A stretch of 64,000 nt of DNA from NCBI GenBank assembly GCA_012518465.1, contig JAAYSD010000010.1:7638-71637 (forward strand). The letters are read 5' to 3'. The first letter of the stretch is position 1. Each line of letters opens with the position of its first letter. Below, in pieces: positions 48,245-58,039 of this stretch. This DNA comes from Clostridiales bacterium. Its GTDB lineage: Bacteria; Bacillota; Clostridia; Oscillospirales; Ruminococcaceae. The translations under genes and the position numbers were made by a program. The notes under the pieces were generated by a model. It saw only the letters and a program-made list of their open reading frames with translations. It was not told the origin of the DNA and did not search any database.

Positions 48245-49234
48245 ATGTATAAGAAAGTTTTGGCGGTATTTTCAGCTTTGACTGTGTTTTTAACATCATT
48301 AACTGCTTGTGATAACAAAAATGATAACAGTAGTGAAAAACCGCTTGTATATGCTAGCTTTTATACTGTATACGATTTTACAAAAAAAGTTGCAGGGGAT
48401 AAAATTCAAGTAGAAAACATGATTCCGGCAGGTGTTGATGCACATCATTGGGAGCCATCTCCAAGTGACATAAGGGATTTGGAAAATGCTGATTTGCTAA
48501 TTACTAACGGAGTTGAATTTGAGGGCTGGGTCGATAGTGTTACTGAATCTTTAGCTAATAAGGAATTGAAAATTATCGATACTTCAGAGGGGATTGACTT
48601 GCTGGAAAATACCTCCTACGCTGATGCGGATGAAGAAAGCCACGATGAGGAAGAAGAGCATCATGATGAGGAGGATAACCACGATGAGGAAGAGCATGAG
48701 CATTCGCACGGGGAATATGACCCTCATATCTGGACGAGCTTGAAAAATGCTGTTAAGCAGATGGAAAATATAAAGAATGCTCTTTGTGAACTTGACCCTG
48801 ATAACAAGGATTATTATGAAGCTAATTATAATGAGCAGAAAAGCAAATTCTTAGCCTTGGATGAAGAATATAGCGAGACAGCAAAGAATTTTTCTCAGAA
48901 AACCTTAGTTGTATCGCATAAGGCATTTTCATATTTGTGCAGAGATTATGGACTAGAGCAAATTGCCTTGCGTGGAATTTCTGCTGAGAATGAGCCTGAT
49001 GCAGGCACACTAAAAACAATAGTTGATACTTTAAAAGAAGAAAATGTAAAAAGCGTGTTTTATGAGGAATTTATAAATCAGAAGGTTTCGCAGGAAATCG
49101 CTAAGGAAGTAAATGCTGATTTATATGAATTAAGTCCTGCTGAAACACTTTCGCAAGAACAAATTGACAATGGCGAGGACTATTTGTCAGTTATGAAAAA
49201 GAATCTTGAAACATTAAAGGAAGCGTTGAAATAG
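48245..49234 (+). CDS. znuA: zinc ABC transporter substrate-binding lipoprotein (ZnuA/AdcA, TroA family) with a His/Asp/Glu-rich loop
   Basis: GCGGAGGG RBS and lipobox LTAC. The acidic His-rich loop is DEESHDEEEEHHDEEDNHDEEEHEHSHGEYDPHIW. ATG 48245 was preferred over the track start. Confidence 0.88.
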   Translation: MYKKVLAVFSALTVFLTSLTACDNKNDNSSEKPLVYASFYTVYDFTKKVAGDKIQVENMIPAGVDAHHWEPSPSDIRDLENADLLITNGVEFEGWVDSVTESLANKELKIIDTSEGIDLLENTSYADADEESHDEEEEHHDEEDNHDEEEHEHSHGEYDPHIWTSLKNAVKQMENIKNALCELDPDNKDYYEANYNEQKSKFLALDEEYSETAKNFSQKTLVVSHKAFSYLCRDYGLEQIALRGISAENEPDAGTLKTIVDTLKEENVKSVFYEEFINQKVSQEIAKEVNADLYELSPAETLSQEQIDNGEDYLSVMKKNLETLKEALK

Positions 49235-49911
49235 TGCAAAATATTATTAAAGTAAAGGACCTTTGCTTTGCCTATAATAAGGTTTTGGTTTTGGAAAACT
49301 TAAATTTAGAGGTAGAAAAGGGAGATTTTGCTGTTGTAATCGGTGAAAATGGAACAGGAAAAAGCACCTTAATAAAGCTTATACTTAATCAGCTCTCCCC
49401 TCAAAGAGGGGAGGTTAGCCTGTTTGGGCAACAAGTCAGTCAATTTAAAAACTGGAGTATTATTGGCTATGTTCCTCAAGTTACTTTAAATTCTAATGTA
49501 AATTTTCCTGCAAGCGTAGAGGAAATTGTGTCTATGAATCTTTATGCCAAAGTAGGATTTATGAGAGTGCTTGGAAAAAAATATAAGGGGATTATAAAAC
49601 AAGCACTGATAAATGCTGAAGCACAGGACTTTGCAAAAAGGCAGTTTAGTGAGCTTTCTGGTGGGCAGCAGCAAAGAGTGATGATAGCTAAGGCATTGGT
49701 AAATAATCCTGAGCTTCTTATTCTTGATGAGCCAACGGCAGGTATAGACTCTAAAACGCAGAAAAAGCTTTATAAGCTTTTGGAGCATTTAAATAAAGAG
49801 CATAATATCACTATCTTGATGATTACTCATGATTTTGATAGCGTTGAAGAGCTTGCCAGCAAGACAATAAAACTACAATATCCTAAAAATGGGGAGGCAT
49901 TATATTGCTAA
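49234..49911 (+). CDS. znuC: zinc ABC transporter ATP-binding protein
   Basis: Walker A is GENGTGKST, the signature is LSGGQQQR and Walker B is LLILDEP. Confidence 0.88.
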   Translation: MQNIIKVKDLCFAYNKVLVLENLNLEVEKGDFAVVIGENGTGKSTLIKLILNQLSPQRGEVSLFGQQVSQFKNWSIIGYVPQVTLNSNVNFPASVEEIVSMNLYAKVGFMRVLGKKYKGIIKQALINAEAQDFAKRQFSELSGGQQQRVMIAKALVNNPELLILDEPTAGIDSKTQKKLYKLLEHLNKEHNITILMITHDFDSVEELASKTIKLQYPKNGEALYC

Positions 49912-50723
49912 GCTTGTTAGAAATGTTTGATTATGCTTTTATGCAAAAGGCATTTATCATAGGAGGATTATTAGGAATAATAATTCCTTTTGTTGGTGTG
50001 GTATCTGTTTTAAGACGACTGTCAATGACGGGTGATGCACTTAGCCATTCCTCGCTTGCCGGTGTTGCTATTGGGCTTGTAGCGGGGCTTAATCCCGTAT
50101 ATATATCTATAATTGTTTGTGTGCTTAGTGCTTTTGCAATTGAATTTTTTCGTCGAAAAATGCCTCAATATTCTGAGATGTCAGTAGCTATTGTCATGTC
50201 ATTGGGAGTTGGAATAGCAGGTGTTATGTCAGGCTTTGTAAAAAGCGGCAGCAGCTTTCAGAGCTTTTTATTTGGAAGTATATTGGCAGTAACAGATTTT
50301 GAATTTTGGCTTGTAGTAGGCGTTTCTTTTGCAGTAATTTTATTATCCATATTACTTTACAAGGAGCTTATGCACGTTACCTTTGATGAAAACAGTGCAA
50401 AGCTTGCAGGTATACCGGTAAACCGTGTAAATTTTATCTTCACAATACTTAATGCTCTTACAGTAGCTGCGGCCTCAAGAACAGTAGGAACACTTGTTGT
50501 TTCCTCTATGATGGTTTTGCCAGTGGCTGTTGCAATGCAATTTTCAAAAAGCTATAAGCATACGGTGATTTTATCCTGCATATGTGGAGTAGCTTTTATC
50601 TATGGAGGGCTTGTTTCCTCATATCTATGGGATTTTAAACCCGGAGGAAGCATAGCTTTAATAGGTGTAATTGCTTTAGTAATATCTTTTATAATAAAAG
50701 CAGGCTTTAAAAAGAAAATATAA
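49905..50723 (+). CDS. znuB: zinc ABC transporter permease (ABC-3 family)
   Basis: It has 8-9 TM helices and the ABC-3 motif MTGDALSHSSLAGVAIG. Confidence 0.88.
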   Translation: MLSLLEMFDYAFMQKAFIIGGLLGIIIPFVGVVSVLRRLSMTGDALSHSSLAGVAIGLVAGLNPVYISIIVCVLSAFAIEFFRRKMPQYSEMSVAIVMSLGVGIAGVMSGFVKSGSSFQSFLFGSILAVTDFEFWLVVGVSFAVILLSILLYKELMHVTFDENSAKLAGIPVNRVNFIFTILNALTVAAASRTVGTLVVSSMMVLPVAVAMQFSKSYKHTVILSCICGVAFIYGGLVSSYLWDFKPGGSIALIGVIALVISFIIKAGFKKKI

Positions 50724-50801
50724 CTTGATTTAAGAGCTTTTGAAATAAAAGGCACTTGAGTGAAAACAAGGCTTGCAAGCTTTATAGGGTGAATCCTCCC
50801 C

Positions 50802-50822
50802 ACACCATCTGTGGTGTTTTTT
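50802..50822 (+). terminator. short rho-independent terminator after znuB
   Basis: acacca-tctg-tggtgt forms a 6-bp stem followed by TTTTT. Confidence 0.5.
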
Positions 50823-50910
50823 CGGGAAATAGTTTTCCAAGGAAACAAATGTTACGGATTTAATTTTGCTTTAGTATTATAATTATATTAGCAGATTAAA
50901 GGAGGGAATT

Positions 50911-51246
50911 ATGAGCGATTTTATAAAAAACATTTCCCATGAGGAAGTTTTGCAGCTTTCTCAGCTTGTAAATGCTGATAAGGGGCAGGTAGTGAGCAAA
51001 ACATTAGCACAGAATAAAGCTCTTAGTATTACGCTGTTTGCGTTTTCTAAGGGCGAAGAAATCAGCACTCATGAATCTAAGGGCGATGCAATGGTATGTA
51101 TTCTCGAAGGAACAGGAAGAATAATTATCTCTGGAAAGGAATATGTTCTGAAATCAGGTGAAACAATCGTTATGCCGGCAAATAAGCCACATTCCGTACA
51201 CGCTGAAGATGATTTTAAAATGCTGTTGGTTGTTGTTTTTCCATAG
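50911..51246 (+). CDS. cupin-domain protein
   Basis: 111 aa with a cupin pattern (FSKGEEISTHESKGDAMVCILEG.G.I...G.....G..I.MPANKPHSV). Confidence 0.8.
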   Translation: MSDFIKNISHEEVLQLSQLVNADKGQVVSKTLAQNKALSITLFAFSKGEEISTHESKGDAMVCILEGTGRIIISGKEYVLKSGETIVMPANKPHSVHAEDDFKMLLVVVFP

Positions 51247-51250
51247 CTAT

Positions 51251-51281
51251 AACCCCGTTGCTATTTATGTGCAACGGGGTT
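51251..51281. terminator. bidirectional terminator between convergent genes
   Basis: aaccccgttgc-tatttatgt-gcaacggggtt forms an 11-bp stem. Confidence 0.8.
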
Positions 51282-51304
51282 ATTAAGTATTTATGTAATT
51301 TCAC

Positions 51305-51517
51305 TTAAAATTCAATATTATTTACATCGGAATTGGCTATAAGAATATCTTTTTTAGGTATTCTTTTTAAAGGTGAGTATATAAACTTTTTGCAGGAATC
51401 ATACGTTTTTACTATACCAAATTTTTCACACTCGATTTTGTCGCCACCTGCCGGCTTTCCCTTTTCGCAGTATTTACACATAGGCTTTATATTATTACCG
51501 AAAAGTTTTTTCTTCAT
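51305..51517 (-). CDS. small Cys4 (CxxC...C...C) hypothetical protein, 70 aa
   Basis: A strong RBS (AAGGAGGA) lies 4 nt before the internal ATG (MKKKLFGNN...), so the 97-aa track ORF is probably over-extended. The cysteines occur as CKYCEKG..CEKFG..C. Confidence 0.55.
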   Translation of the reverse strand: MKKKLFGNNIKPMCKYCEKGKPAGGDKIECEKFGIVKTYDSCKKFIYSPLKRIPKKDILIANSDVNNIEF

Positions 51518-51655
51518 ACCGTCCTCCTTAATCCCTATAAAAGTACGCTTTCTCGTATATATTCTTTTTATATTACTAATTATATCATAAATTTTCATAA
51601 TAATCTACCTCATTTCCTACAAAATTTCAGTGCTTTTTTTATATCATATGCCATA

Positions 51656-52726
51656 TTATTTAAAATGTTCAGGCTTTAGACTGATTAAAAATATTATAGT
51701 CATAAATATTAAGCATATAGACGGTATTATACTTCTTGCTTGAGTAAAAAAGACGTTTATTTCATTACTGGTTGTAATTACAGGGTTTGCAAATTTTATA
51801 TAAATATATGTAAATAAAGCACTTAGAGCAGCACATATTATTCTATAAATTATAAAAGTTTTTATAATTAAATTATTTTTTAAAATATTTTTTACTTGCA
51901 TTAAAACACATATTCCCCCAAAAGATAATAATGCTGAAAGCATAGGCAAAAGATTAATATTAGGTGAAAATGTACTGATATTGCTTATTTCTGTTAGACT
52001 GGCTATAAAAGCAGAGAGATTTTGAAAGCTTATATTCATTAAATCACTTATTTTTTTAATAGGAAGGTATGAAATAATTCTTATAATTATTGAAAACCCA
52101 ACGATAAGCGCACATATTTCAAACAGAGCCTTAGCTGAAGAAATTATTGCTGTAATTAATTTTTCCTCAGAAATATAAATGCTTGTTTTAATTTTTGTTT
52201 TATTTGGTTTATTTTTAATGTTTATGAAAAAAGCCATAATAAAACAAGCTAAAATATTTGATAAATATATAATTATTCCTGCCTTTATACTGCCGAAAAC
52301 ATTAGTGCCTACAATTGCAGTTATAAAGCTAGGTCCGGCAGCATAGCAGTAGGACATCATTTTTCTTGCTTCCGCTTCTTTAAGTGTGTTGTCTTTTAAC
52401 GATTGACTAATAAGCTTTGCACCTATGGGATAGCCGCCTAAAATACTTAGTATAAAAATTGCTGATTGATGCTCATTTATTTTCAGCAATTTTTTTAGTA
52501 TAAAAATTAAAGGTTTGAAAATAATTTTATATAGCCCCGTACTGATAATAAAGCTCGATAATACCATAAATGCAAAGAGCGACGGTATTATTATAACAAT
52601 GCAATTTATTAAAGAATCATATACTGCCTTTGAAATTCCCGTTGTATCAATTATAAATAAAATTATTAATAATAACATTAATAAAGCTCCCACAAAATAA
52701 AAAATAGATTTTGATTTGTTTTTCAT
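51656..52726 (-). CDS. ylbJ: sporulation integral membrane protein YlbJ (nucleoside-recognition/Gate-domain family)
   Basis: Polytopic membrane protein of 356 aa with the motif ILSILGGYPIGAKL. Confidence 0.65.
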   Translation of the reverse strand: MKNKSKSIFYFVGALLMLLLIILFIIDTTGISKAVYDSLINCIVIIIPSLFAFMVLSSFIISTGLYKIIFKPLIFILKKLLKINEHQSAIFILSILGGYPIGAKLISQSLKDNTLKEAEARKMMSYCYAAGPSFITAIVGTNVFGSIKAGIIIYLSNILACFIMAFFINIKNKPNKTKIKTSIYISEEKLITAIISSAKALFEICALIVGFSIIIRIISYLPIKKISDLMNISFQNLSAFIASLTEISNISTFSPNINLLPMLSALLSFGGICVLMQVKNILKNNLIIKTFIIYRIICAALSALFTYIYIKFANPVITTSNEINVFFTQARSIIPSICLIFMTIIFLISLKPEHFK

Positions 52727-52825
52727 TTAAAGTCCCTCTTTTTATATTTAGTTTTTAGCATTAGTAATTTATATGCAAACAAGTCCATATTATTATAATA
52801 AGATTGTTAGAAAAAGAGGTGTGAT

Positions 52826-53095
52826 ATGAAATTTATTAAAAACTTTAATCGTGATGAAAAAATCGATTATGGAAAGTCAGATATACAAATACTTGATTGC
52901 AAGGATGTATTAGTGGAGGGCTGCAACGGTATAATCGAATATGATAACAACTTAATTGTACTATCTCTAAGTAAAAAAAATGTTCATATTATGGGGTTTG
53001 ATTTGCAATTTTTTAATTATTCACATGATGGGATAGAGGTATCAGGAGATATACGGTCAATAAGCTTTGAGAAAAAGGAGAGTGAAGGAAAATGA
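52826..53095 (+). CDS. yqfC: sporulation protein YqfC
   Basis: 89 aa. The pattern is ..IQILDCKDVLVEGCNGIIEYDNNLI...MGFDL. It sits immediately upstream of, and overlaps, yqfD. Confidence 0.85.
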   Translation: MKFIKNFNRDEKIDYGKSDIQILDCKDVLVEGCNGIIEYDNNLIVLSLSKKNVHIMGFDLQFFNYSHDGIEVSGDIRSISFEKKESEGK

Positions 53096-54276
53096 GCTTT
53101 TTTAGTGGGAGTGTTGAGTTCAAAGGGCTTGGAGGCTTTCAAGAAAAATTTTTGACAGAGCTTTTTGAAAATAAAATTAAGTGTAGAAAATTACGATATA
53201 AGGACGGCTACATATATGGCAGAGTGAACCCGCTTTACTATTTATTTGTTGCACGTACTGCAAAAAAGCATGGATTTTTAATAAGAATTGTAAAAAAAAG
53301 AGGGCTTTATTTTAAGCTAAATAAATTTAGAAATAGATATGGCTTAGTCATAGGGATGCTGTTATTTTTTTCTGTTTTAGTCTGGTCTACTAATTATGTA
53401 TGGGATATTGATGTTGAGGGAAATATCACTATTCCTAAGGAAAGAATTTTGTTAGAAATGGAAGAAGAGGGAATAAAAGCAGGGATAGAACGAGGCTCTT
53501 CAAAATATACTGAAATAGAGAGAAAGGTTCTGCTAAAAATTCCGGAATTAGCGTGGATTAATATCCATGCAAATGGAAGCAAATTAATTATTGAGGTGTC
53601 TGAGCTAGCACAGCGGCAAGAAGAAGGAGATGGGGTAGATGCTGATTCACCTGCTAATATCGTTTCTACCAAGGACGCTGTTATTATCAGTAGTGAGGTT
53701 ATGCAAGGGAAAGAGATTGTTTTTAAGGGGAGTGGTGTTAAAAAAGGTGGCATTTTAGTCAGCGGCATTTATGCGGATAAAGAGGGGAATATGCTTTATA
53801 AACACGCAAAAGCTAATATTATCGGAGAATTCAATGAAGAGGTTGAGCTTTATATACCATATAAGTCAAAGGAGCTGGTTTTAGGTGATAGGGATATAAA
53901 AAAGAATTATCTCATGTTTTTAAATAATAATATACCTTTGTTTTTATTTGATGTTGATGTAAAAGAAGGAGATTTTAAGTATAATGAGAATTTAAGTGAA
54001 ATTGATTTTTTTGGGATAAAAACTCCTTTTAAATTAAAGCAAGGTATCTATACTTTTTATGAAGAAATCGAGGTATTGAGAAATGATGAGGATATTAAAG
54101 CTTTGTTAGAAAAACAGATAAAGGATTATGAGGAGAACTTTTTCAGTGATTATGAAATAATATCAGAGGATAAAACCTTTTTCCCAGAAGAGGAGGGTTT
54201 AAAAATCAAAGCAAGTTATGTTTTAAGAGGTGATATTACTAAAACAGAAGAAATTTTTATGGTTTATAAAAAATAA
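53092..54276 (+). CDS. yqfD: sporulation protein YqfD (stage IV)
   Basis: 394 aa with a single central TM helix. It starts at an ATGA overlap with yqfC and sits in the conserved yqfC-yqfD-phoH context. Confidence 0.85.
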   Translation: MSFFSGSVEFKGLGGFQEKFLTELFENKIKCRKLRYKDGYIYGRVNPLYYLFVARTAKKHGFLIRIVKKRGLYFKLNKFRNRYGLVIGMLLFFSVLVWSTNYVWDIDVEGNITIPKERILLEMEEEGIKAGIERGSSKYTEIERKVLLKIPELAWINIHANGSKLIIEVSELAQRQEEGDGVDADSPANIVSTKDAVIISSEVMQGKEIVFKGSGVKKGGILVSGIYADKEGNMLYKHAKANIIGEFNEEVELYIPYKSKELVLGDRDIKKNYLMFLNNNIPLFLFDVDVKEGDFKYNENLSEIDFFGIKTPFKLKQGIYTFYEEIEVLRNDEDIKALLEKQIKDYEENFFSDYEIISEDKTFFPEEEGLKIKASYVLRGDITKTEEIFMVYKK

Positions 54277-54345
54277 TGCTTTAAATTTAGCTCCCGATAT
54301 GCTATAATGAGGAAAAAGAGATTATAGTATAAAGGAGCTGTATTT

Positions 54346-55341
54346 TTGTCCGAAAAAATAATTGTATTAAAAGAAGATGATGCTGTGTCGATGCTTTTAG
54401 GTGATTTTGATTCAAATATTAAGCTTATTGAAAAGCTTTTGAATGTAGAAATTATCACTAGAGGTGATGATATTAAAATAAAGGGAAATGACAGTGATGT
54501 TTTAAAAACAGAAAAGGTAATAAATAATTTACTGACCTTGATAAGAAAAGGCGGTCAGATTTCTGAGCAGAGTGTAAGATATGTTATTTCAACCGTTGAT
54601 GATGAAATAGACGGTGAGATAGAGTGCTTGATTAAAGACTGCGTATGTGTCACCGTTTCAGGAAAGCCTGTAAAGCCAAAGACAATAGGGCAGAAAAAAT
54701 ATGTTGATTTTATTAAGAATAATACAATTACCTTTGGTATAGGGCCGGCAGGTACGGGAAAGACGTATTTAGCTGTGGCTCTGGCTGTAAAGGCTTTTAA
54801 AGCTAAGGAGGTATCAAGGATTATTTTAACACGTCCGGCAGTAGAGGCAGGTGAAAAACTAGGTTTTTTACCAGGTGATTTACAAAATAAGGTTGACCCA
54901 TATTTAAGACCTTTATATGATGCTTTATTTGATATGCTTGGTGCTGAAAGCTTTCATAAGCATATGGAAAAGGGAAGCATTGAGGTAGCACCCTTAGCGT
55001 ATATGAGAGGGCGTACTCTTGATGACAGCTTTATTATTCTTGATGAAGCTCAAAATACCACACCTGAGCAGATGAAGATGTTTTTAACACGCTTAGGTTT
55101 TAACAGTAAAATGGTTATTACCGGTGATATAACGCAGATAGACTTACCTGAGTCAAGAAAATCAGGACTTATTGAAGCTGTACGTGTTTTAAAAAATATA
55201 GATGATATTGCTATTAATAAATTTACCGAAAAAGATGTGGTAAGGCACAGGATTGTTCAAGAAATAATTAAAGCATATGAAAAATTTGATATGAGAAATA
55301 ACTTTAAAAATGATAATAAAGAGAGTAAGAGGAAGCTTTGA
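54346..55341 (+). CDS. phoH: PhoH-family ATPase
   Basis: Walker A is GPAGTGKTYLAV. Other matching motifs are RIILTRPAVEAGEKLGFLPGD, ILDEAQNTT and ITGDITQIDLP. Confidence 0.93.
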   Translation: MSEKIIVLKEDDAVSMLLGDFDSNIKLIEKLLNVEIITRGDDIKIKGNDSDVLKTEKVINNLLTLIRKGGQISEQSVRYVISTVDDEIDGEIECLIKDCVCVTVSGKPVKPKTIGQKKYVDFIKNNTITFGIGPAGTGKTYLAVALAVKAFKAKEVSRIILTRPAVEAGEKLGFLPGDLQNKVDPYLRPLYDALFDMLGAESFHKHMEKGSIEVAPLAYMRGRTLDDSFIILDEAQNTTPEQMKMFLTRLGFNSKMVITGDITQIDLPESRKSGLIEAVRVLKNIDDIAINKFTEKDVVRHRIVQEIIKAYEKFDMRNNFKNDNKESKRKL

Positions 55342-55814
55342 TGTCAGATGTAGAAATACTTGTTAGAAATGAGCAAAGTCAAATACGCATACCAACAGGA
55401 CTAAGGACAATAATAAGAAAGTGCTGTCGTAATGTATTGAATGAGGAAGGCTTTGATAATAAGGCTGAAATATCAGTTTCCTTTGTCAGTAATGAGAGAA
55501 TCAAGGAGCTGAATAAAGAATTTAGAGGCACAAATAAAGTTACAGACGTTTTATCCTTTCCTTTGGGGGAAAATGGTGTGTATGATATAAATCATGAAAC
55601 AGGTGCGTATTTGCTGGGCGATATTGTTATTTCACTTGAAAAGGCATTTGCCCAGAGTAAGGAGTATGGACATTCTTTCGAGAGGGAAGTGGCTTTTTTA
55701 GCTACACATTCTACTCTTCATTTGTTGGGATATGATCATCAAACTAAAGAAGAGAATAGTATTATGCGAGAAAAGGAAGAAAAAATTTTATCCATGCTTG
55801 ATTTAAAAAGATAG
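55341..55814 (+). CDS. ybeY: rRNA maturation RNase YbeY
   Basis: The zinc motif is HSTLHLLGYDH. The start overlaps the phoH stop (TGATG). Confidence 0.92.
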   Translation: MSDVEILVRNEQSQIRIPTGLRTIIRKCCRNVLNEEGFDNKAEISVSFVSNERIKELNKEFRGTNKVTDVLSFPLGENGVYDINHETGAYLLGDIVISLEKAFAQSKEYGHSFEREVAFLATHSTLHLLGYDHQTKEENSIMREKEEKILSMLDLKR

Positions 55815-55822
55815 GATTTGAT

Positions 55823-56359
55823 ATGAAGTTAAAGAGATTTAAACACTTGGAGAGAGTGGACAGACCTTATCGCAGATTTTTAAAAAGCTTTGTTTATGCG
55901 GGAAGAGGTATTGCACACTGTGTAGCCTATGGCAGAAACTTTAGGGTAGAGCTTGTGGTTTTTGCTTATATGCTTTATTTCAGCTTGTTTTATGATTTTA
56001 CAGAAACGCATTATTCGGCTTTTTTTCTAGTATCAGCCTTGGTACTGGTGTGCGAAGCTTTTAATACATCGATAGAGGCTATTGCTGATAAGGTTTGCAC
56101 AGAGAAAAATGAGCTTGTTAGAATTGGAAAGGATGTAGCGGCGGGTGCAGTGCTTATTATGGCAATCACTTCTGTTGCTATTGGTTTTTACTTATTTTAT
56201 GATATAAAGGTTTTTGTCAATATTATTAATTTTCATGTAAGAAATCCTTTAGTGCTGATACTATTTATCCTATCAATTATATTAACGCAGGTTTTTATAT
56301 TTTTACCTGAATATATTCAGAAAAAAGATTATCTGAAAGAGGAAAATGATGAACAATAA
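55823..56359 (+). CDS. dgkA: diacylglycerol/undecaprenol kinase (DgkA family)
   Basis: The N-terminal region is SFVYAGRGI and the motif EAFNTSIEAIAD is present. It has three TM helices. Confidence 0.85.
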   Translation: MKLKRFKHLERVDRPYRRFLKSFVYAGRGIAHCVAYGRNFRVELVVFAYMLYFSLFYDFTETHYSAFFLVSALVLVCEAFNTSIEAIADKVCTEKNELVRIGKDVAAGAVLIMAITSVAIGFYLFYDIKVFVNIINFHVRNPLVLILFILSIILTQVFIFLPEYIQKKDYLKEENDEQ

Positions 56360-57257
56360 TACTAAAAGTATTTTTATAGCTATAACAGGCAGACCAAATG
56401 CGGGAAAATCCACATTGATGAATACTCTTGTCGGAGATAAGGTGGCTATTGTCAGCAATAAGCCCCAAACTACAAGGACAAGGATAAATGGAATTTTAAC
56501 TCAGGGGGATACCCAATTTGTTTTTATTGATACACCTGGTATTCATAAAGGTAGAAATAGGCTATCCGATTATATGAACAAGTCAATCAGTGAAAGCGTA
56601 AAGGATGTAGAAATTGTTGTGCTTGTAGCAGATTGTACAAAAAAAATTGGCAGAGCAGAGCTTGATATTATTGCAAAATTAAAATCGAGTGAGCAAAATG
56701 CTGTTCTTGTGCTTAATAAGGTTGATTTGATTAAGGATAAGACAAAGCTTTTATCAATAATCGAGGAATATAGTGAGCTTTACCCCTTTAAAGAAATTAT
56801 TCCTATCAGTGCTAAGGATTCTAATAGCAGAGATATTTTATTGCCTATTTTAAGCAAATATGCTATTGAAAGTCCTTTTTATTTCCCTGAAAATATGGTA
56901 ACGGACCAAAGTGAGAGGGCTTTTATTGCTGAATTTGTTAGAGAAAAGCTGCTATGGTTTATGAATGAGGAGATTCCTCATGGCATTGCTGTTGAAGTAG
57001 AAAGCCTGAAAAGGAGAACAAATAAAGATAAAAAAATACTTGATATTGGCGTTGTGATTTATTGTGAAAAAGCGTCACACAAGGGTATGATAATAGGCAA
57101 GCAGGGGCAAAATCTCAAAAAAATTGCTACATTAGCACGTGAACAGCTGGCTGATGTTTATGAGGACACAATTAATTTGCAATGCTGGGTTAAGGTAAAG
57201 GAAAATTGGAGAAATCACGACACTTTTATTAATGATATGGGACTAGGTTCGGAATAA
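56346..57257 (+). CDS. era: GTPase Era
   Basis: G1 is GRPNAGKST, G3 is DTPG and G4 is NKVD. A C-terminal KH domain is present. Confidence 0.95.
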   Translation: MMNNNTKSIFIAITGRPNAGKSTLMNTLVGDKVAIVSNKPQTTRTRINGILTQGDTQFVFIDTPGIHKGRNRLSDYMNKSISESVKDVEIVVLVADCTKKIGRAELDIIAKLKSSEQNAVLVLNKVDLIKDKTKLLSIIEEYSELYPFKEIIPISAKDSNSRDILLPILSKYAIESPFYFPENMVTDQSERAFIAEFVREKLLWFMNEEIPHGIAVEVESLKRRTNKDKKILDIGVVIYCEKASHKGMIIGKQGQNLKKIATLAREQLADVYEDTINLQCWVKVKENWRNHDTFINDMGLGSE

Positions 57258-58039
57258 TGCTGTACACGGTTGAAGGGCTTGTAATTTCACGTAGAGATAT
57301 AGGAGAAAGCAGCTGCTTTCTAGATGTTTTAACAGATGAGCTGGGACTCTTAGAGGTTAGTGCAAGAGGAGTAAAAAAAGTATCAGCTAAAAATCATGCT
57401 GCATATTCAATTTTTTCCTACTGCACATTTTGCGTAAATAAAACCAAAAACAACTATACTCTTAACAGTGTTGAGCCAAAATATCTTTTCCATGGATTAA
57501 GTAATGATATATGTGCTTTTTCTTTAGCGAATTATTTTTGTGATGTTATGAAATATTGTGCATCTTCTGAAGAGCAACAGCCCAATTTACTAAGACTTAT
57601 GTTAATTTCTCTTTACCGATTGGAAGGCTATGCAAGTCATGGTGAGGAATATACTATATTAAACAAGCTGAAAAGTGTATTTGAATTGCGACTGATGGCT
57701 CAAATAGGCTTTATGCCCGAGCTTAGGGTTTGTGGCTTTTGTGGAAGAGGACTTGATGAAAATTTAAGATTTTATCCTATTCTAGGGCTTGTTGGTTGCA
57801 ATGATTGCAATGTAAAGAATAACAATGATAGCATAGGAATAAGCAGTTCTGTTTTTAAGGCTATGAGACATATTGTATATTCTGATATTGAAAAAATTTT
57901 TAGCTTTTCCTTAAACAAAGAAAATTTCATTAAATTGCAAAATGTGTGTGAAATGTATTTGCTCAATCAAGTAGGACGTAGCTTTAAAACACTCGATTAT
58001 TATAAAAATATGTATTATAAAGGTATGAGGAATGATTAA
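57257..58039 (+). CDS. recO: DNA repair protein RecO
   Basis: It has the expected position after era, an OB-fold N-terminus, and a Cys4 zinc motif (CGFCG...CNDC). Confidence 0.9.
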   Translation: MLYTVEGLVISRRDIGESSCFLDVLTDELGLLEVSARGVKKVSAKNHAAYSIFSYCTFCVNKTKNNYTLNSVEPKYLFHGLSNDICAFSLANYFCDVMKYCASSEEQQPNLLRLMLISLYRLEGYASHGEEYTILNKLKSVFELRLMAQIGFMPELRVCGFCGRGLDENLRFYPILGLVGCNDCNVKNNNDSIGISSSVFKAMRHIVYSDIEKIFSFSLNKENFIKLQNVCEMYLLNQVGRSFKTLDYYKNMYYKGMRND

